A stretch of DNA of 64,000 nucleotides from Candidatus Methanomethylicia archaeon (GCA_029259155.1 JAPDJI010000001.1:1-64000), one strand, 5' to 3'; counted from the stretch's first letter, positions 21,134-31,534 are shown. The notes: generated from the letters alone by a model not told the origin. Translations and numbers: made by a program.

Positions 21134-21693
21134 TGTTCTTCCTGTTTGGCTACCATAACTTCCGTAGCCTTAATGACCGCTTCCACCACGTCACCTTCTC
21201 GCAATCCTAGCTCTTCTGCGGCCTCCTTGGATATGAGTGAGGTTATGGTGACAGGTTCCTGTACTTCAATTTTCACCTTAGCTGCTACGCCGTTTACTAT
21301 TACTTCCTTGACGACTCCCCTAATCCTATTTCTAGCACTTATCTTCAAGCCTAGAGCCTCCCAGCCTTCAGTATCGCATCTTACACTCTCAAAGAAGCCT
21401 TCAAGCCTTTTATATTTCCTTAAAAGCTCTCTCCCTGCTTCACTCAGTCTAGTTCCACCTCCCTTTCTACCTCCTCTACGGGTTTCCACCACGGGAGATC
21501 CTATGGCTTCAGACATTCTGTTTAGATAGTCCCACACGTACTTATAGGACATTCCTAGCTCCTTGGCAGCCTTGGCTATGGAGCCTAACCTATCTACGGC
21601 CTCTAAAATAGCGGCTCCTCCCTTACCGACGATGTGTCCTGTTGGTCCCTCCATCCATATCCTTACATTAGGTGAAAACTTCGCTTCGCTCAT
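21130..21693 (-). CDS. ModE-like regulator (wHTH plus TOBE/Mop domain)
   Basis: GSIAKAAKELGMSYKYVW, RGGRKGGGTRL, ISARNRIRG, VEAVIKATEV. Confidence 0.85.
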   Translation of the reverse strand: MSEAKFSPNVRIWMEGPTGHIVGKGGAAILEAVDRLGSIAKAAKELGMSYKYVWDYLNRMSEAIGSPVVETRRGGRKGGGTRLSEAGRELLRKYKRLEGFFESVRCDTEGWEALGLKISARNRIRGVVKEVIVNGVAAKVKIEVQEPVTITSLISKEAAEELGLREGDVVEAVIKATEVMVAKQEEH

Positions 21694-22124
21694 TGTTTTA
21701 CATGTTAACTCCCTGTGTCCTTAATATTTATCGGACTCTGCGTAAGATCAGCCCTCAACTCCCTAACTATTCACTAGAAAAAGATTGATGAAACTTAAGT
21801 AACCGGCATATACAAGGCTGATATATCGTGGTGTCGATGGGTAAGCGCACCGCATGAGAAGCTGTTCTCGCCATCGCCTAGGCCTGTACGCTGCTGTGAT
21901 TTACATCTGAAGAAACGAGGAGCTTAAGGTTGACGTGGATCCCATACTTAAAGCTATAGTTGGTAGAAGATCTTTCACGAAGCTCGAAATCAAGGTAGGG
22001 GTCGGAGGTGTACTTGATCTTTAAGGAACCTCCGTTAAGCTTCTCTAAAGATTAGGTTGAACACTTAAAAACTAGTTTCGTTGAACCGTAACTGTATTCG
22101 TTTAAGTTTAAGGGAGGATGTATA

Positions 22125-23465
22125 TTGGCAGGTATAATAGGTATATATGCGTTTGATGAGCTGTGGAAGATCTCGCGCTTCGTATACTACGGCCTCCTCG
22201 CGCTTCAACATAGAGGTCAGGAAACCTGCGGCATAGCTACCTTCGACCGTGAAGGCCTGCACTCATATACATCATCAGGAGTGGCGGATAGAGTTTTCAA
22301 CGAAGAGACACTCACCAATCTTCCAGGATGGGCTGGAATCGGCCACGTCAGTCCTCAGCTACCGAGTGAGGGAGTATTACAGCCAGTTGTCGTAGCCGAT
22401 CCTGTTAAACTAGCGTTTTGCTTTAATGGCAAACTCTTGAACGCTGATGTATTAGCTAAGGAGCTGGGCATTATTGAAGCGTCTGAGGCAGAGGTCTTTG
22501 CGAAGCTCTTATCTAGACTATTAACTCGCTTGGACCCTATGGAGGCAGCAGCCGCGGCTATGGAAAAAGCTCTGGGAGCCTATAGCTTCGTAGCCTTAAC
22601 GGAGAGAGGAGAGATGATAGCGGCGAGAGACCCTTCAGGTCTAAAGCCTCTAGTTATAGGTAGTTTCGGTTTCGATTACGGCGTGGTTGCTTCTGAGTCC
22701 TCAGCCATAGATGTGGTGGGTGCGGAGTTTAAAGCTGACGTGGAGCCTGGGGAGGCCTATGTCTTCACCCCCTACAGCATCGAGAGGCGAAGGCTGTTTA
22801 AACCTAAACCTAGGTATTGTGCTTTTGAGTACGTGTACTTTGCTAGACCGGACTCGATTATTAATGAACGCAGCATTTATGAAGTTAGGATAAAGATAGG
22901 AGAGCGGCTAGCGAAGGAACATCCTGTCGAGGCTGACGTAGTAATAGGGGTACCTGAGACCGCCATACCTTTCGCTATGGCCTACTCTAACGTCACCAAG
23001 GTACCTATAGCTATGGGCTTTGTGAGGACAGGTCCCCATATAAGGAGTGCTATCAAGCCAACTCAGTTTGAAAGGCTTGTAGGCGTTCAACTTAAGTTGA
23101 ACCCCATAAGATCTGCGATTAAAGGGAAACGCATAGTGCTTATCGATGATAGCGTGGTTAGAGGCAACACAACTAAGAACACTGTGACGTTAATGAGAAA
23201 TAAGCTGGGCGTTAAGGAGGTTCATGTTAGGATCGGGAGTCCCAGGCTTATAGCTCAATGTCCCTTTGGCGTGGAGGTTCCGTCGAGGGATGAGCTTATA
23301 GCAGCCCACTTAAATGATGAGGAGGTGGCAGCAGTTGTTGGGGCTGACTCCTTCCATTGGCTTTCGCTCGAGGGCCTTATTGAAGCGATAGGTGTCTGCA
23401 AGGAGAACTTATGTTTGGGCTGCTTTACAGGTGAATACCAAATAGATGAAATGTGTCGTCGATAG
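22125..23465 (+). CDS. Second PurF-like protein lacking the N-terminal catalytic Cys
   Basis: Begins (M)AGIIG with Ala at the Cys1 position; keeps LQHRGQE, CAFEYVYFARPDS, LIDDSVVRG and CLGC. Confidence 0.85.
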   Translation: MAGIIGIYAFDELWKISRFVYYGLLALQHRGQETCGIATFDREGLHSYTSSGVADRVFNEETLTNLPGWAGIGHVSPQLPSEGVLQPVVVADPVKLAFCFNGKLLNADVLAKELGIIEASEAEVFAKLLSRLLTRLDPMEAAAAAMEKALGAYSFVALTERGEMIAARDPSGLKPLVIGSFGFDYGVVASESSAIDVVGAEFKADVEPGEAYVFTPYSIERRRLFKPKPRYCAFEYVYFARPDSIINERSIYEVRIKIGERLAKEHPVEADVVIGVPETAIPFAMAYSNVTKVPIAMGFVRTGPHIRSAIKPTQFERLVGVQLKLNPIRSAIKGKRIVLIDDSVVRGNTTKNTVTLMRNKLGVKEVHVRIGSPRLIAQCPFGVEVPSRDELIAAHLNDEEVAAVVGADSFHWLSLEGLIEAIGVCKENLCLGCFTGEYQIDEMCRR

Positions 23466-23508
23466 CGAGGCTTAAATAACAGTTTCTGTAATATAATCAA
23501 AGATAGTA

Positions 23509-24231
23509 ATGTTTCGAAAGAGGGCCTACTGGCAGCTATTGCTAGAGTTTGGTGAACAAGAATTTACCGTTGAGCAGGCAGGAAGAATCTTACATCCACG
23601 AACTCCTACACCTCTTCTTCTTCATAGGCTATGTAGCGACGGTTTTCTTGAGAGAGTTTCGAGAGGGAGGTTTAGGGCGTTAAACCCTTTCATCGTAGCG
23701 TTGAGGGAGATGGGCTTTGACTGGAGGGATAAGGTAAAGCAGAAAGCTTACCTACCTATGCTCGATTTTGTCGTGGCGAGACTTGTCAGCGGTCTCTTAG
23801 GCCGGCTGCGCTCGTTGATAGTGTTCGGCTCTATAGCTTCAGGTAGGGCTAAGCCTGAGAGTGATGTTGACCTCTTAGTTGTCAGTGAAGGCTTACCGGA
23901 AAAATACTCTGATAGGTTGAGGTTGTTTAATTCGCTTGTCGAGGGGGTGGAGGAGGTTAGGTTAAGGCTTTGGCGAAGTGAAGGCATCTATCCGCTGCTA
24001 GACCCGATTCTCCTACTACCTGAAGAGGCTCTCATAAGCCACCCCTTCTACATAGATATGTGGGAGGAGCATATCATAGTTTACGATAGAGACAGGTTTA
24101 TGGAGAAGAAGCTTGAGCAGGTTAAGGCTAAGTTAATGGAGCTTGGTGCAAGGAAGGTGATCGCACCTGATGGAAGCTGGTTCTGGTTGTTAAAGCCAAG
24201 CGTACACCGTGGAGAGGTCGTATCGCTATGA
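23509..24231 (+). CDS. Minimal nucleotidyltransferase (MNT) with an N-terminal winged-helix domain
   Basis: FGSIASGRAKPESDVDLLVV matches GSX10DXD; the N-terminal ~75 aa look wHTH-like (LLHRLCSDGFLERVSRGRF). Confidence 0.8.
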   Translation: MFRKRAYWQLLLEFGEQEFTVEQAGRILHPRTPTPLLLHRLCSDGFLERVSRGRFRALNPFIVALREMGFDWRDKVKQKAYLPMLDFVVARLVSGLLGRLRSLIVFGSIASGRAKPESDVDLLVVSEGLPEKYSDRLRLFNSLVEGVEEVRLRLWRSEGIYPLLDPILLLPEEALISHPFYIDMWEEHIIVYDRDRFMEKKLEQVKAKLMELGARKVIAPDGSWFWLLKPSVHRGEVVSL

Positions 24232-24656
24232 GGACGGACGTGATGGCTCGAGATTATTTAAGGAGGGCTGCATCGAGGCTTCTGGACGCTAACTCAGCTT
24301 TAAGCCGTGGAGACTGTCCTGAGGTTGTTAGGTACTCACAAGAATGTGTTGAACTTTCCCTCAAGGCTTGTCTAAGGGCAGTAGGCGTAGAGTACCCTAA
24401 GGTTCACGATGTCGGAGACCTCCTCCTCGTGAGCCTTGATAGGTTTCCAAGCTGGTTTAAAGAGGTAGCTAGCAAGTTGGCTGAGTTTTCTAGGAGCTTA
24501 GCTGAGAAGAGGTCTCCAGCTATGAATGGGCTGGAGCTTTTAGGTAAACCTCCCAGCGAGCTTTTCGGTTTCGATGAGGCTAAGGAGGCGTACGAGGAGG
24601 CTGTTTTCACGCATAATGTGGCTAAGCGCTTCATAGAGGAGTTTTTAGGTCAATAA
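24228..24656 (+). CDS. HEPN domain protein, partner of the MNT
   Basis: SQECVELSLKA.L, YPKVHDV; ATGA overlap with the MNT stop codon. Confidence 0.85.
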   Translation: MRTDVMARDYLRRAASRLLDANSALSRGDCPEVVRYSQECVELSLKACLRAVGVEYPKVHDVGDLLLVSLDRFPSWFKEVASKLAEFSRSLAEKRSPAMNGLELLGKPPSELFGFDEAKEAYEEAVFTHNVAKRFIEEFLGQ

Positions 24657-24804
24657 AGGAGGACTGAGCCCCAGACCCTTCATTTCCAGCCTCTATATCA
24701 ACCTCGTTGCGGGACTACATCTTGATCAGGTTAGGGTGCTTTGAACTACTTGAAGCATTAAGGTTTAAAGCTCCAGAGAGGGAGGAGGAGCTAGGTGCAC
24801 TTAT

Positions 24805-26289
24805 TTGGTTAAAGTCCTACTTGTAGGCGACGCCTCGAGGGAAAATGCAATAGCTGACGCTTTGGCTAGGAGTACTAAGGAGCCTAGGCTTTATGCCGTG
24901 ATGAAATTAAGGAACCCAGGCATAGCTAGGCTCTGTGAACAGACAGGGGGGGAGTTTTACTTAGGGAATTTCACGGATCCTAAAGTTGTAGTTGACGCAG
25001 CGTCTCGCTATTCAGTAGACCTAGTATTCATAGGGCCTGAAGAACCACTCTTCAGAGGTGTGGCTGATGCTTTAACGGAGGCAGGCTTCCCTTGCGTAGG
25101 TGCTTTGAAGGCAGCGGCTGAGGTTGAGATGTCTAAGGCTTTCATGAGGAGGCTTATGTGGAAGTACAATATCCCGGGTAGGTTGAGGTTTAAGGCTTTT
25201 AAGAACGTTGAAGACGCTATCGCCTACATCGCTGCGTACGCTGAAAGCATTGCTTTAAAACCTGCTAGACAAGCTGGAGGTAAAGGCGTGAAGGTCATAG
25301 CAGACCTCCAAGTATACCTCAGCAAGGAGAAGCAGGAGGTGAAGTCGAAACACGCTCAAGTTATACATGAAAAACACATGGCCGAGTACACCGACATAGA
25401 GGACCGTATATTGATAGAGGAGAGAGTTGAGGGACCTGAATACACGCTTCAAACCTTTACCGACGGCAGGACGGTTAGGCCGCTACCCTTAGTCCAAGAC
25501 AATAAAAATGCCTTTGAAATGGATATAGGCCCTGAGACCGGCGGTATGGGCTCCATAGCTGGGCCAGGTTTAACCCTACCTTTCATAACCGAGGACGAAT
25601 TTGAACGCTCCGTTGAAATAGTGAGGCGCGTCGTGGAAGCTATCTGGAAGGAAACGGGAGTCAGGTATAAGGGCGTTATCTCAGGGCAAATGATGCTCAC
25701 GGCTTTATGGGGACCCACCATAATAGAGTTCTATAGCAGGCTTGGCGACCCTGAAGCGTGCAACGTGCTTCCTATCCTTAAAACAGACCTTCTCGAAGTG
25801 GCGGAAGCCATAGTGAAGGAGAGCCTACATAAGGTCAAGCTAGAGTTTGAAGAGGGGGTAGCTACGGTGGTTAAGGCAGTGGCTCCTCAGGGCTACCCTG
25901 ACCACCGTGACCTAGCTAAGGGACATCCTGTGCAGGTGGACGAGGAAGCTATTAGGCGTAAAGGATGCATCATCTACTACGGCTCTGTCAACCAGAACCT
26001 GGATGGCTCTTTAGTTACAGGTGGCTCTCGCGTGGCTGAGATTGTGGCTAAGTCTAAGACCATACCTGAAGCTGGCGAAATAGCTGAAGAATGCGTGCCT
26101 TATGTTAAGCTCCTCGATGGCTGGAAAACTTTCCACCGAAGCGATATAGGGAGTGAGACTCTTCTCAAGAGGAGGATGGAGCAGGCTGAGCTGATAAGGG
26201 ACATATACAGGTATAGGATGTCGAAAGGCCTAGTAGGCAAGGTAATCGACTGGATACCTGGAAGAGGGAAGATCGAAACTACGCTCTAA
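24805..26289 (+). CDS. purD: Phosphoribosylamine-glycine ligase
   Basis: FIGPEEPL, AGGKGV, GPETGGMGS, RLGDPE, VTGGSRV, RSDIG. Confidence 0.93.
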   Translation: MVKVLLVGDASRENAIADALARSTKEPRLYAVMKLRNPGIARLCEQTGGEFYLGNFTDPKVVVDAASRYSVDLVFIGPEEPLFRGVADALTEAGFPCVGALKAAAEVEMSKAFMRRLMWKYNIPGRLRFKAFKNVEDAIAYIAAYAESIALKPARQAGGKGVKVIADLQVYLSKEKQEVKSKHAQVIHEKHMAEYTDIEDRILIEERVEGPEYTLQTFTDGRTVRPLPLVQDNKNAFEMDIGPETGGMGSIAGPGLTLPFITEDEFERSVEIVRRVVEAIWKETGVRYKGVISGQMMLTALWGPTIIEFYSRLGDPEACNVLPILKTDLLEVAEAIVKESLHKVKLEFEEGVATVVKAVAPQGYPDHRDLAKGHPVQVDEEAIRRKGCIIYYGSVNQNLDGSLVTGGSRVAEIVAKSKTIPEAGEIAEECVPYVKLLDGWKTFHRSDIGSETLLKRRMEQAELIRDIYRYRMSKGLVGKVIDWIPGRGKIETTL

Positions 26290-26360
26290 CCTTAAACCTC
26301 GCTGTGCGGCTCCGTGAAGCTTTAAAGCTTCAGGAACCTCAAGGTAGCAGCGGTGGTGGA

Positions 26361-27746
26361 ATGACAATTAAGCCTAGAGAGTACTTGGGCACCCCTCTTT
26401 TTGAAGGAGCTGTTAAGCTTCTACTTTTAGGCTCAGGAGAGCTTGGCAAGGAAATAGCCATAGAGGCTACTAGGATGGGGGTCGAGGTAATAGCGGTGGA
26501 TCGCTACGAGAACGCGCCGGCAATGCAGGTGGCTCATAAAAGCTATACCGTCAATATGCTCGACGGAGCAGCGCTGAAAGCTATAGTGCATAGAGAGAAA
26601 CCTGACGTCATAGTACCTGAGATAGAGGCTATTAACACCGATGCCTTAGTGGAGCTCGAGGAGGAAGGCTTCTTCGTCATACCTAACGCTAAGGCTGTCA
26701 AGGCTACCATGGATAGGGTTCTACTAAGAAAATTGGCTGCTGAAGAAGCAGGGGTTCCAACCTCTAGGTATGAATTTGCTGAAAACCTCGATGAACTCAA
26801 AGACGCCTGCGAGAAGGTAGGCTATCCATGCATAGTTAAGGCGCAGATGAGCTCGGGCGGCCTCGGCTCTAGCCTAGTATTTAGCCTCAACGAGGTTCCA
26901 AAAGCCTTCGAAGAGGCTCGTACGAAGGCGAGAGGGTTTGGAGGTAGGATGATAGTGGAGGGCGTCATAGAGTTCGACCTTGAGGTTACGGAGCTAGCGG
27001 TAGCTCACCTGGGTGATGACGGAAAGATGAAGATAAGCTTTCCTAAACCGGTAGGCCATGTCAGGTCGGGTAGCCACTACCATGTCAGCTGGCAGCCCTT
27101 CTTAGACTTGGATGAGCAGGCAGGCATGACTAAATCGCCGGTGGAAGGTTATGGTAGCCAACGACACCTAGCCGAAGATCCTCCCAGAGGAAAGCTTCTA
27201 TGGAGCTCTAAATGGAATGGGAAATATGTGCCTAAGGAGGTTGTGGAGGAAGCTGAGCGCAAGATATACGATGTGGCCGGTAAGGTGGTCTCTAGGCTTT
27301 TAGGAGATAGAGGTGGCTTAGGGCTTTTTGGCTGCGAAATTTTCGTTAAACTAGGCGAAGATAATGGAAAGCCAGAGGTCTATTTTAATGAGATCTCGCC
27401 TAGGCCTCACGACACAGGGATGGTTACTATGATCACCCAAGACCTCTCTGAAATGGCTCTCCACGTAAGGGCGGTGCTAGGCCTACCTATACCTGAAATA
27501 AGGCTTAGGAGCATAGGCGCAGCCCACGTGATCTTATCCCATAAGGATGGAAGGTGGGCTCCAAGATATCGAGGTGTCTGGGAGGCTTTGAGCATGCCAG
27601 GGGTTCATGTAAGGCTTTTCGGTAAACCTGTTACTTACTTTGAGCGTAGAATGGGTTTAGCATTAGCCACTGCTTCCTCCATTACTGAGGCCAGGGAGAA
27701 GGCTTTGAAGGCAGCTCATCTACTAGAGTCTAAGATACAATATTAG
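26361..27746 (+). CDS. purT: Formate-dependent GAR transformylase
   Basis: [55 protein letters not shown]. Start placed at ATG 26361 after GGTGGTGG. Confidence 0.92.
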   Translation: MTIKPREYLGTPLFEGAVKLLLLGSGELGKEIAIEATRMGVEVIAVDRYENAPAMQVAHKSYTVNMLDGAALKAIVHREKPDVIVPEIEAINTDALVELEEEGFFVIPNAKAVKATMDRVLLRKLAAEEAGVPTSRYEFAENLDELKDACEKVGYPCIVKAQMSSGGLGSSLVFSLNEVPKAFEEARTKARGFGGRMIVEGVIEFDLEVTELAVAHLGDDGKMKISFPKPVGHVRSGSHYHVSWQPFLDLDEQAGMTKSPVEGYGSQRHLAEDPPRGKLLWSSKWNGKYVPKEVVEEAERKIYDVAGKVVSRLLGDRGGLGLFGCEIFVKLGEDNGKPEVYFNEISPRPHDTGMVTMITQDLSEMALHVRAVLGLPIPEIRLRSIGAAHVILSHKDGRWAPRYRGVWEALSMPGVHVRLFGKPVTYFERRMGLALATASSITEAREKALKAAHLLESKIQY

Positions 27747-27756
27747 GGTGTTTTTC

Positions 27757-28191
27757 TTGATCACTCCACTTATAGCTTTAATCATGGGCAGTGAGTCTGA
27801 TCGACCTATAGCTGAAAAAGCAATCAAGTTATTAGAGAAGCTTTCCATTCCCTTTGAGTCGAAGGTATTATCGGCGCATCGGAACCCTAAACAACTTGAA
27901 GAATACATCGAGAAATGCACCGCCGAGGTCTTCATAGCTATCGCTGGCCTCTCAGCCCATCTACCCGGCTTCATAGCTTCAAGAACCCTTAAACCAGTAA
28001 TAGGGGTACCTGTAGGTGCTAAGCTGGGGGGACTTGACGCTCTCTTATCCATCGTTCAAATGCCTAGAGGAGTGCCAGTTGCTTGTGTAGGGATTGATAA
28101 TGCTGAGAACGCAGTCCTCCTAGCAGCTGAAATATTGGCGCTTAAGTATCCTGAAGTAGCTGAGAGCCTCAAACACTACAGGATGGCTTAA
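27757..28191 (+). CDS. purE: N5-CAIR mutase
   Basis: [40 protein letters not shown]. Start is TTG 27757 or GTG 27748. Confidence 0.93.
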   Translation: MITPLIALIMGSESDRPIAEKAIKLLEKLSIPFESKVLSAHRNPKQLEEYIEKCTAEVFIAIAGLSAHLPGFIASRTLKPVIGVPVGAKLGGLDALLSIVQMPRGVPVACVGIDNAENAVLLAAEILALKYPEVAESLKHYRMA

Positions 28192-28239
28192 TGGCCAATA
28201 GCCAAAATAGCTATTAAGCCTAATACTGATTTCTAAACC

Positions 28240-29310
28240 GTGTCTGAGGAAGGCTGGACCTATGCTAAGAGCGGCGTGGACCTAGCTAGGGTTAAGAAGG
28301 CTCATCGCGACATAGCTAGGCTCTTATCGTCCACCTTTAAGCTCAGGGAGGGTAAGGTAGGTAAGGTGCTATCTTCGATAGGGCATTACGCTGGATTAAT
28401 CGATGTGGGAGGAGGGTTAGCGCTAGCCCTCCATGCTGATGGAGTAGGGACGAAGGTTCTTGTTGCCCAACTCGTGGATAGATACGATACGGTAGGTATA
28501 GATTGCGTGGCTATGAACGTCAACGACCTGGTATGTATAGGTGCGGAGCCCATAGCCTTGGTTGACTACTTGGTGGTGGAGAGGGCAGAGGAGGATATGA
28601 TAGCGGAGATTATGGAGGGGTTGGTAAAGGGGGCCGAATTAGCTGAGGTGGCTATTGTGGGTGGGGAAACGGCTGTAATGCCTGATGTAATTAAAGGAGA
28701 AGTAGAAGGGAAAGGCTTTGACCTTGCTGCCCTCAGCATAGGGGTAGTAGATCGACGCCTCATCTTGACGGGATCTAAGCTTAGACCTGGAGACGTTATA
28801 GTGGGCGTGGAGAGCAACGGTATACATAGTAACGGTCTTACGTTAGCTCGTAAGGTACTACTTCAAGATAGGTCGGTGTACGACTCTTTGCCTGAGCTTG
28901 AATGTAGCATAGGCGAGGAGCTGCTTAAGCCCACTTTCATCTACGTCAAGCCAACGCTTAAAGCCTTAAAGAGTTTAGAGCTACACGCAATTGCTCACAT
29001 AACGGGTGGCGCCTTCACAAAGCTGAGGAGATTTGAAGAGTATTCACGTGTAGGCTTTAAGCTAGATGGAATGCCTGAGCCTCCGCCTGTGTTTAAGGCC
29101 ATTAAGAGGCTAGGCAAGGTTTCGTGGGAGGAGATGTATAAAACCTTTAACATGGGTATAGGGCTCTGCTTAATGCTTAGCTCAGAACAGGTAGACGATG
29201 CCGTAGGTTTCTTCGAGAAGGAAGGCTTTAAGGCTAGGCCTATAGGCAAGGTCGTTGACGAGCCAGGGGTAACGGTTAATGTACCGGGATATGGATTTAT
29301 AGAGGTTTAA
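28240..29310 (+). CDS. purM: AIR synthetase
   Basis: YAKSGVD, DGVGTK, AMNVND, GGETA, SNGIHSNG, HITGG, TFNMGIG. Confidence 0.95.
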   Translation: MSEEGWTYAKSGVDLARVKKAHRDIARLLSSTFKLREGKVGKVLSSIGHYAGLIDVGGGLALALHADGVGTKVLVAQLVDRYDTVGIDCVAMNVNDLVCIGAEPIALVDYLVVERAEEDMIAEIMEGLVKGAELAEVAIVGGETAVMPDVIKGEVEGKGFDLAALSIGVVDRRLILTGSKLRPGDVIVGVESNGIHSNGLTLARKVLLQDRSVYDSLPELECSIGEELLKPTFIYVKPTLKALKSLELHAIAHITGGAFTKLRRFEEYSRVGFKLDGMPEPPPVFKAIKRLGKVSWEEMYKTFNMGIGLCLMLSSEQVDDAVGFFEKEGFKARPIGKVVDEPGVTVNVPGYGFIEV

Positions 29311-29351
29311 ATATTTAAATATTAAAAGAGGCCCTTGCGCGGTAGTGAGCC

Positions 29352-30158
29352 ATGTTTGAAATCCTCCTCCCCAAGGAAATGAAACCTAACACCATGGTAG
29401 AGGTCTACCTCCTTGTTGAACCTTTTATAAGAGCTAGGTGGCCTTTCCACTATGGTCTTACTAAGAAGAGGCCGACGTCTGCTCTAGAATACATGGCTGG
29501 AGGTATACCTACCAGTCATGGATGCTTAGTTCTTTGGTACTTAGGTCTGGATTGGCCTCTTTTCTTTAGAGAAGCATCAGATAAGCTTGATGGGTACGTA
29601 TTGGATGAGCTCAAAGAACTGATAGCTAAAGGTAACTACATGAAGGCTAGGAGGCTGTTACATAGACTAGACAGGTCTAAATTAAAGTCCATTCTCCTAG
29701 CTCGCAAAGGTTTAGTAAAGCACCTCGAATATGAATTGATTTTATCTATCCCCATACCAACGGAGGTAGAGGGGGTAGACGTAGAGCTAGAGATTTCTTC
29801 CATGGCTCGGTCTTTGGGGTCTCTTCTAGATTTTCGTAGGAGGGTTGTTGAGGGTAAGTCTCCATTCCTCGACGTTGAGTTACTTAAATGGCGCGTACCT
29901 ATGGCTGATCCGTTAGAGATCTATGGTATCTATGAAGAGTTTTCCGGCGACGTAGAGGAGGTACTAAAGCTTGCTGTGAGCGAGCTGCTAGCAATAATAC
30001 ATGAAAGTATGAGTAGACCAGCATACATAGCGATAGTTAGAGGAGATGTTAACGCGGAGCGGACGTTAAGCGACTTTGAAGCTGAGTTAAGCAGGGAATT
30101 ATCACCTATTGTGCGTTATGTTAACCCTTCTTCCATCTTCGCCACTTTAGTCTCGTAG
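29352..30158 (+). CDS. Hypothetical protein
   Basis: 268-aa ORF with genome-typical codon usage; no motif recognised. Confidence 0.65.
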   Translation: MFEILLPKEMKPNTMVEVYLLVEPFIRARWPFHYGLTKKRPTSALEYMAGGIPTSHGCLVLWYLGLDWPLFFREASDKLDGYVLDELKELIAKGNYMKARRLLHRLDRSKLKSILLARKGLVKHLEYELILSIPIPTEVEGVDVELEISSMARSLGSLLDFRRRVVEGKSPFLDVELLKWRVPMADPLEIYGIYEEFSGDVEEVLKLAVSELLAIIHESMSRPAYIAIVRGDVNAERTLSDFEAELSRELSPIVRYVNPSSIFATLVS

Positions 30159-30195
30159 CGCAACGACTAATAGCTTATAAAGTCCATTTTTACAT

Positions 30196-30852
30196 ATGTA
30201 TGAAAGGGTTAGACTAGCTATGACCAAGTTCCTTGGTATATTTAGAGAACTTCCCGAGGAGGAGGAGCTGGTCTTTACACCTAAATCATCGGTTCCTACC
30301 CTCTTCGCTAGGGAGATGGAAATAAGGAAGCTGATGGGAGTTGAACGTAAAGAACAGCCTCTCATATATGCTGTGGCGTACCCATACCTAACTGACAAGC
30401 GCTTAATAATCCTCGCTCTCCACCAAGTGGAGTCTAAGACCCTAACTGAACGTAAAGCTCCGAGGATGGCTGCTAGGTCAGGTGCATGGCTGGATATCCC
30501 CCTTAGTTCAATAAGTGTGGCTGAGCTTAGATCAATAGAGGTTAAGAAAGACCGAGATCTTTCAGGTTTTCTAGACTGGAGCGGTTTCAGAGAGGCACTT
30601 GTCGAACGTTCACCTGCGATAGAGGTTATCTACGACGAGAAGCAGGCCTCAGGCAAAGTAAAAGATTACATTGATCTAGTCGCTGAAATGGGCTTCATAG
30701 TTAAGGACCCTAGGAAAGTGGAGCGCTCATACGATAAAGTATTCTTAATAGGGGAAATGATGGTTGAAGACTTCTTACCATTACTTAAGGAACAGCTTGA
30801 GAAGACCTTAGAGATCAGGGAGAGCTCTGAAAGCGAGGAGGCTCTAGCTTAA
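30196..30852 (+). CDS. Hypothetical protein, possible PH-like domain
   Basis: 218-aa ORF; YLTDKRLII...DIPLSSI resembles a PH-like fold signature. Confidence 0.6.
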   Translation: MYERVRLAMTKFLGIFRELPEEEELVFTPKSSVPTLFAREMEIRKLMGVERKEQPLIYAVAYPYLTDKRLIILALHQVESKTLTERKAPRMAARSGAWLDIPLSSISVAELRSIEVKKDRDLSGFLDWSGFREALVERSPAIEVIYDEKQASGKVKDYIDLVAEMGFIVKDPRKVERSYDKVFLIGEMMVEDFLPLLKEQLEKTLEIRESSESEEALA

Positions 30853-31534
30853 CGGGTATAGGCTCTGTTACATTAACCTCCCCCTCCTTCAATACTACTT
30901 TATAGGCTAGTGGCTTAACCCCAGCTCTGAAAGCTTCTTTTAAGGCCTCGGCGAAGCCAGGGTCAACTTCATAATTAGGCCTCAGCTCTCCAGCTTCACA
31001 CCTAGCCACTAGGAACAGTACATATCCTTCATATCTGTCCTTCACTGCCTTCGCTAACTCTTTTAGGTGTCTTTTCCCCCTAAAGGTAGGGGCATCTGGA
31101 AATAGGGCTATCTCTCCTACAGATAGAGTGCATCCTTTAACTTCAACTAAAGCCTCTACGCCTTCAGCTGACTTTAAGAGGAGGTCTAGGCGGCCATCAC
31201 CATATTTAATTTCCTTTCTCACCACTTCGTAACCTCTAAGCTCCCTGACCACTCCTCTTCTAATGGCCTCTTCAGCTAGCTTGACGTGAAGTGCTGAATC
31301 AACCAACACCCAGCAGTTGTTAGTCAATGTAGCCACCATGTATAGCTCAGTCTTACGGCTACGCCCTATGTGAGGCCTAACCAATACCGTAGCTCCTCTA
31401 ACCAGTAGCTCGGTGAGCCTCCCTGGATCATGTACGTGGACGGTCTTTACCTTACCGTCGACCTCAACGTAGGCCCTAAACCGCCCTTCTCTCCTAATAA
31501 ACCGCCCTTCCATTAAAGGATGAGAAATTTTCAC
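30815..31534 (-). CDS. sfsA: SfsA-family DNA/RNA nuclease
   Basis: HDPGRLTELL, RLDLLL, VEVKGCTL, ALFPDAPT.RG.RHL.EL. Confidence 0.9.
   Translation of the reverse strand: MKISHPLMEGRFIRREGRFRAYVEVDGKVKTVHVHDPGRLTELLVRGATVLVRPHIGRSRKTELYMVATLTNNCWVLVDSALHVKLAEEAIRRGVVRELRGYEVVRKEIKYGDGRLDLLLKSAEGVEALVEVKGCTLSVGEIALFPDAPTFRGKRHLKELAKAVKDRYEGYVLFLVARCEAGELRPNYEVDPGFAEALKEAFRAGVKPLAYKVVLKEGEVNVTEPIPVKLEPPRFQSSP

Noticed and set aside
21785-21822. C/D box sRNA (TTGATGA...CTGA)
   Set aside because: Too short and lacks recognisable internal D'/C' boxes.
27090-27240. PurT insertion as an intein or intron
   Set aside because: No Cys/Ser start or His-Asn end, too short for an intein, in frame with normal codon usage, and no BHB seen.
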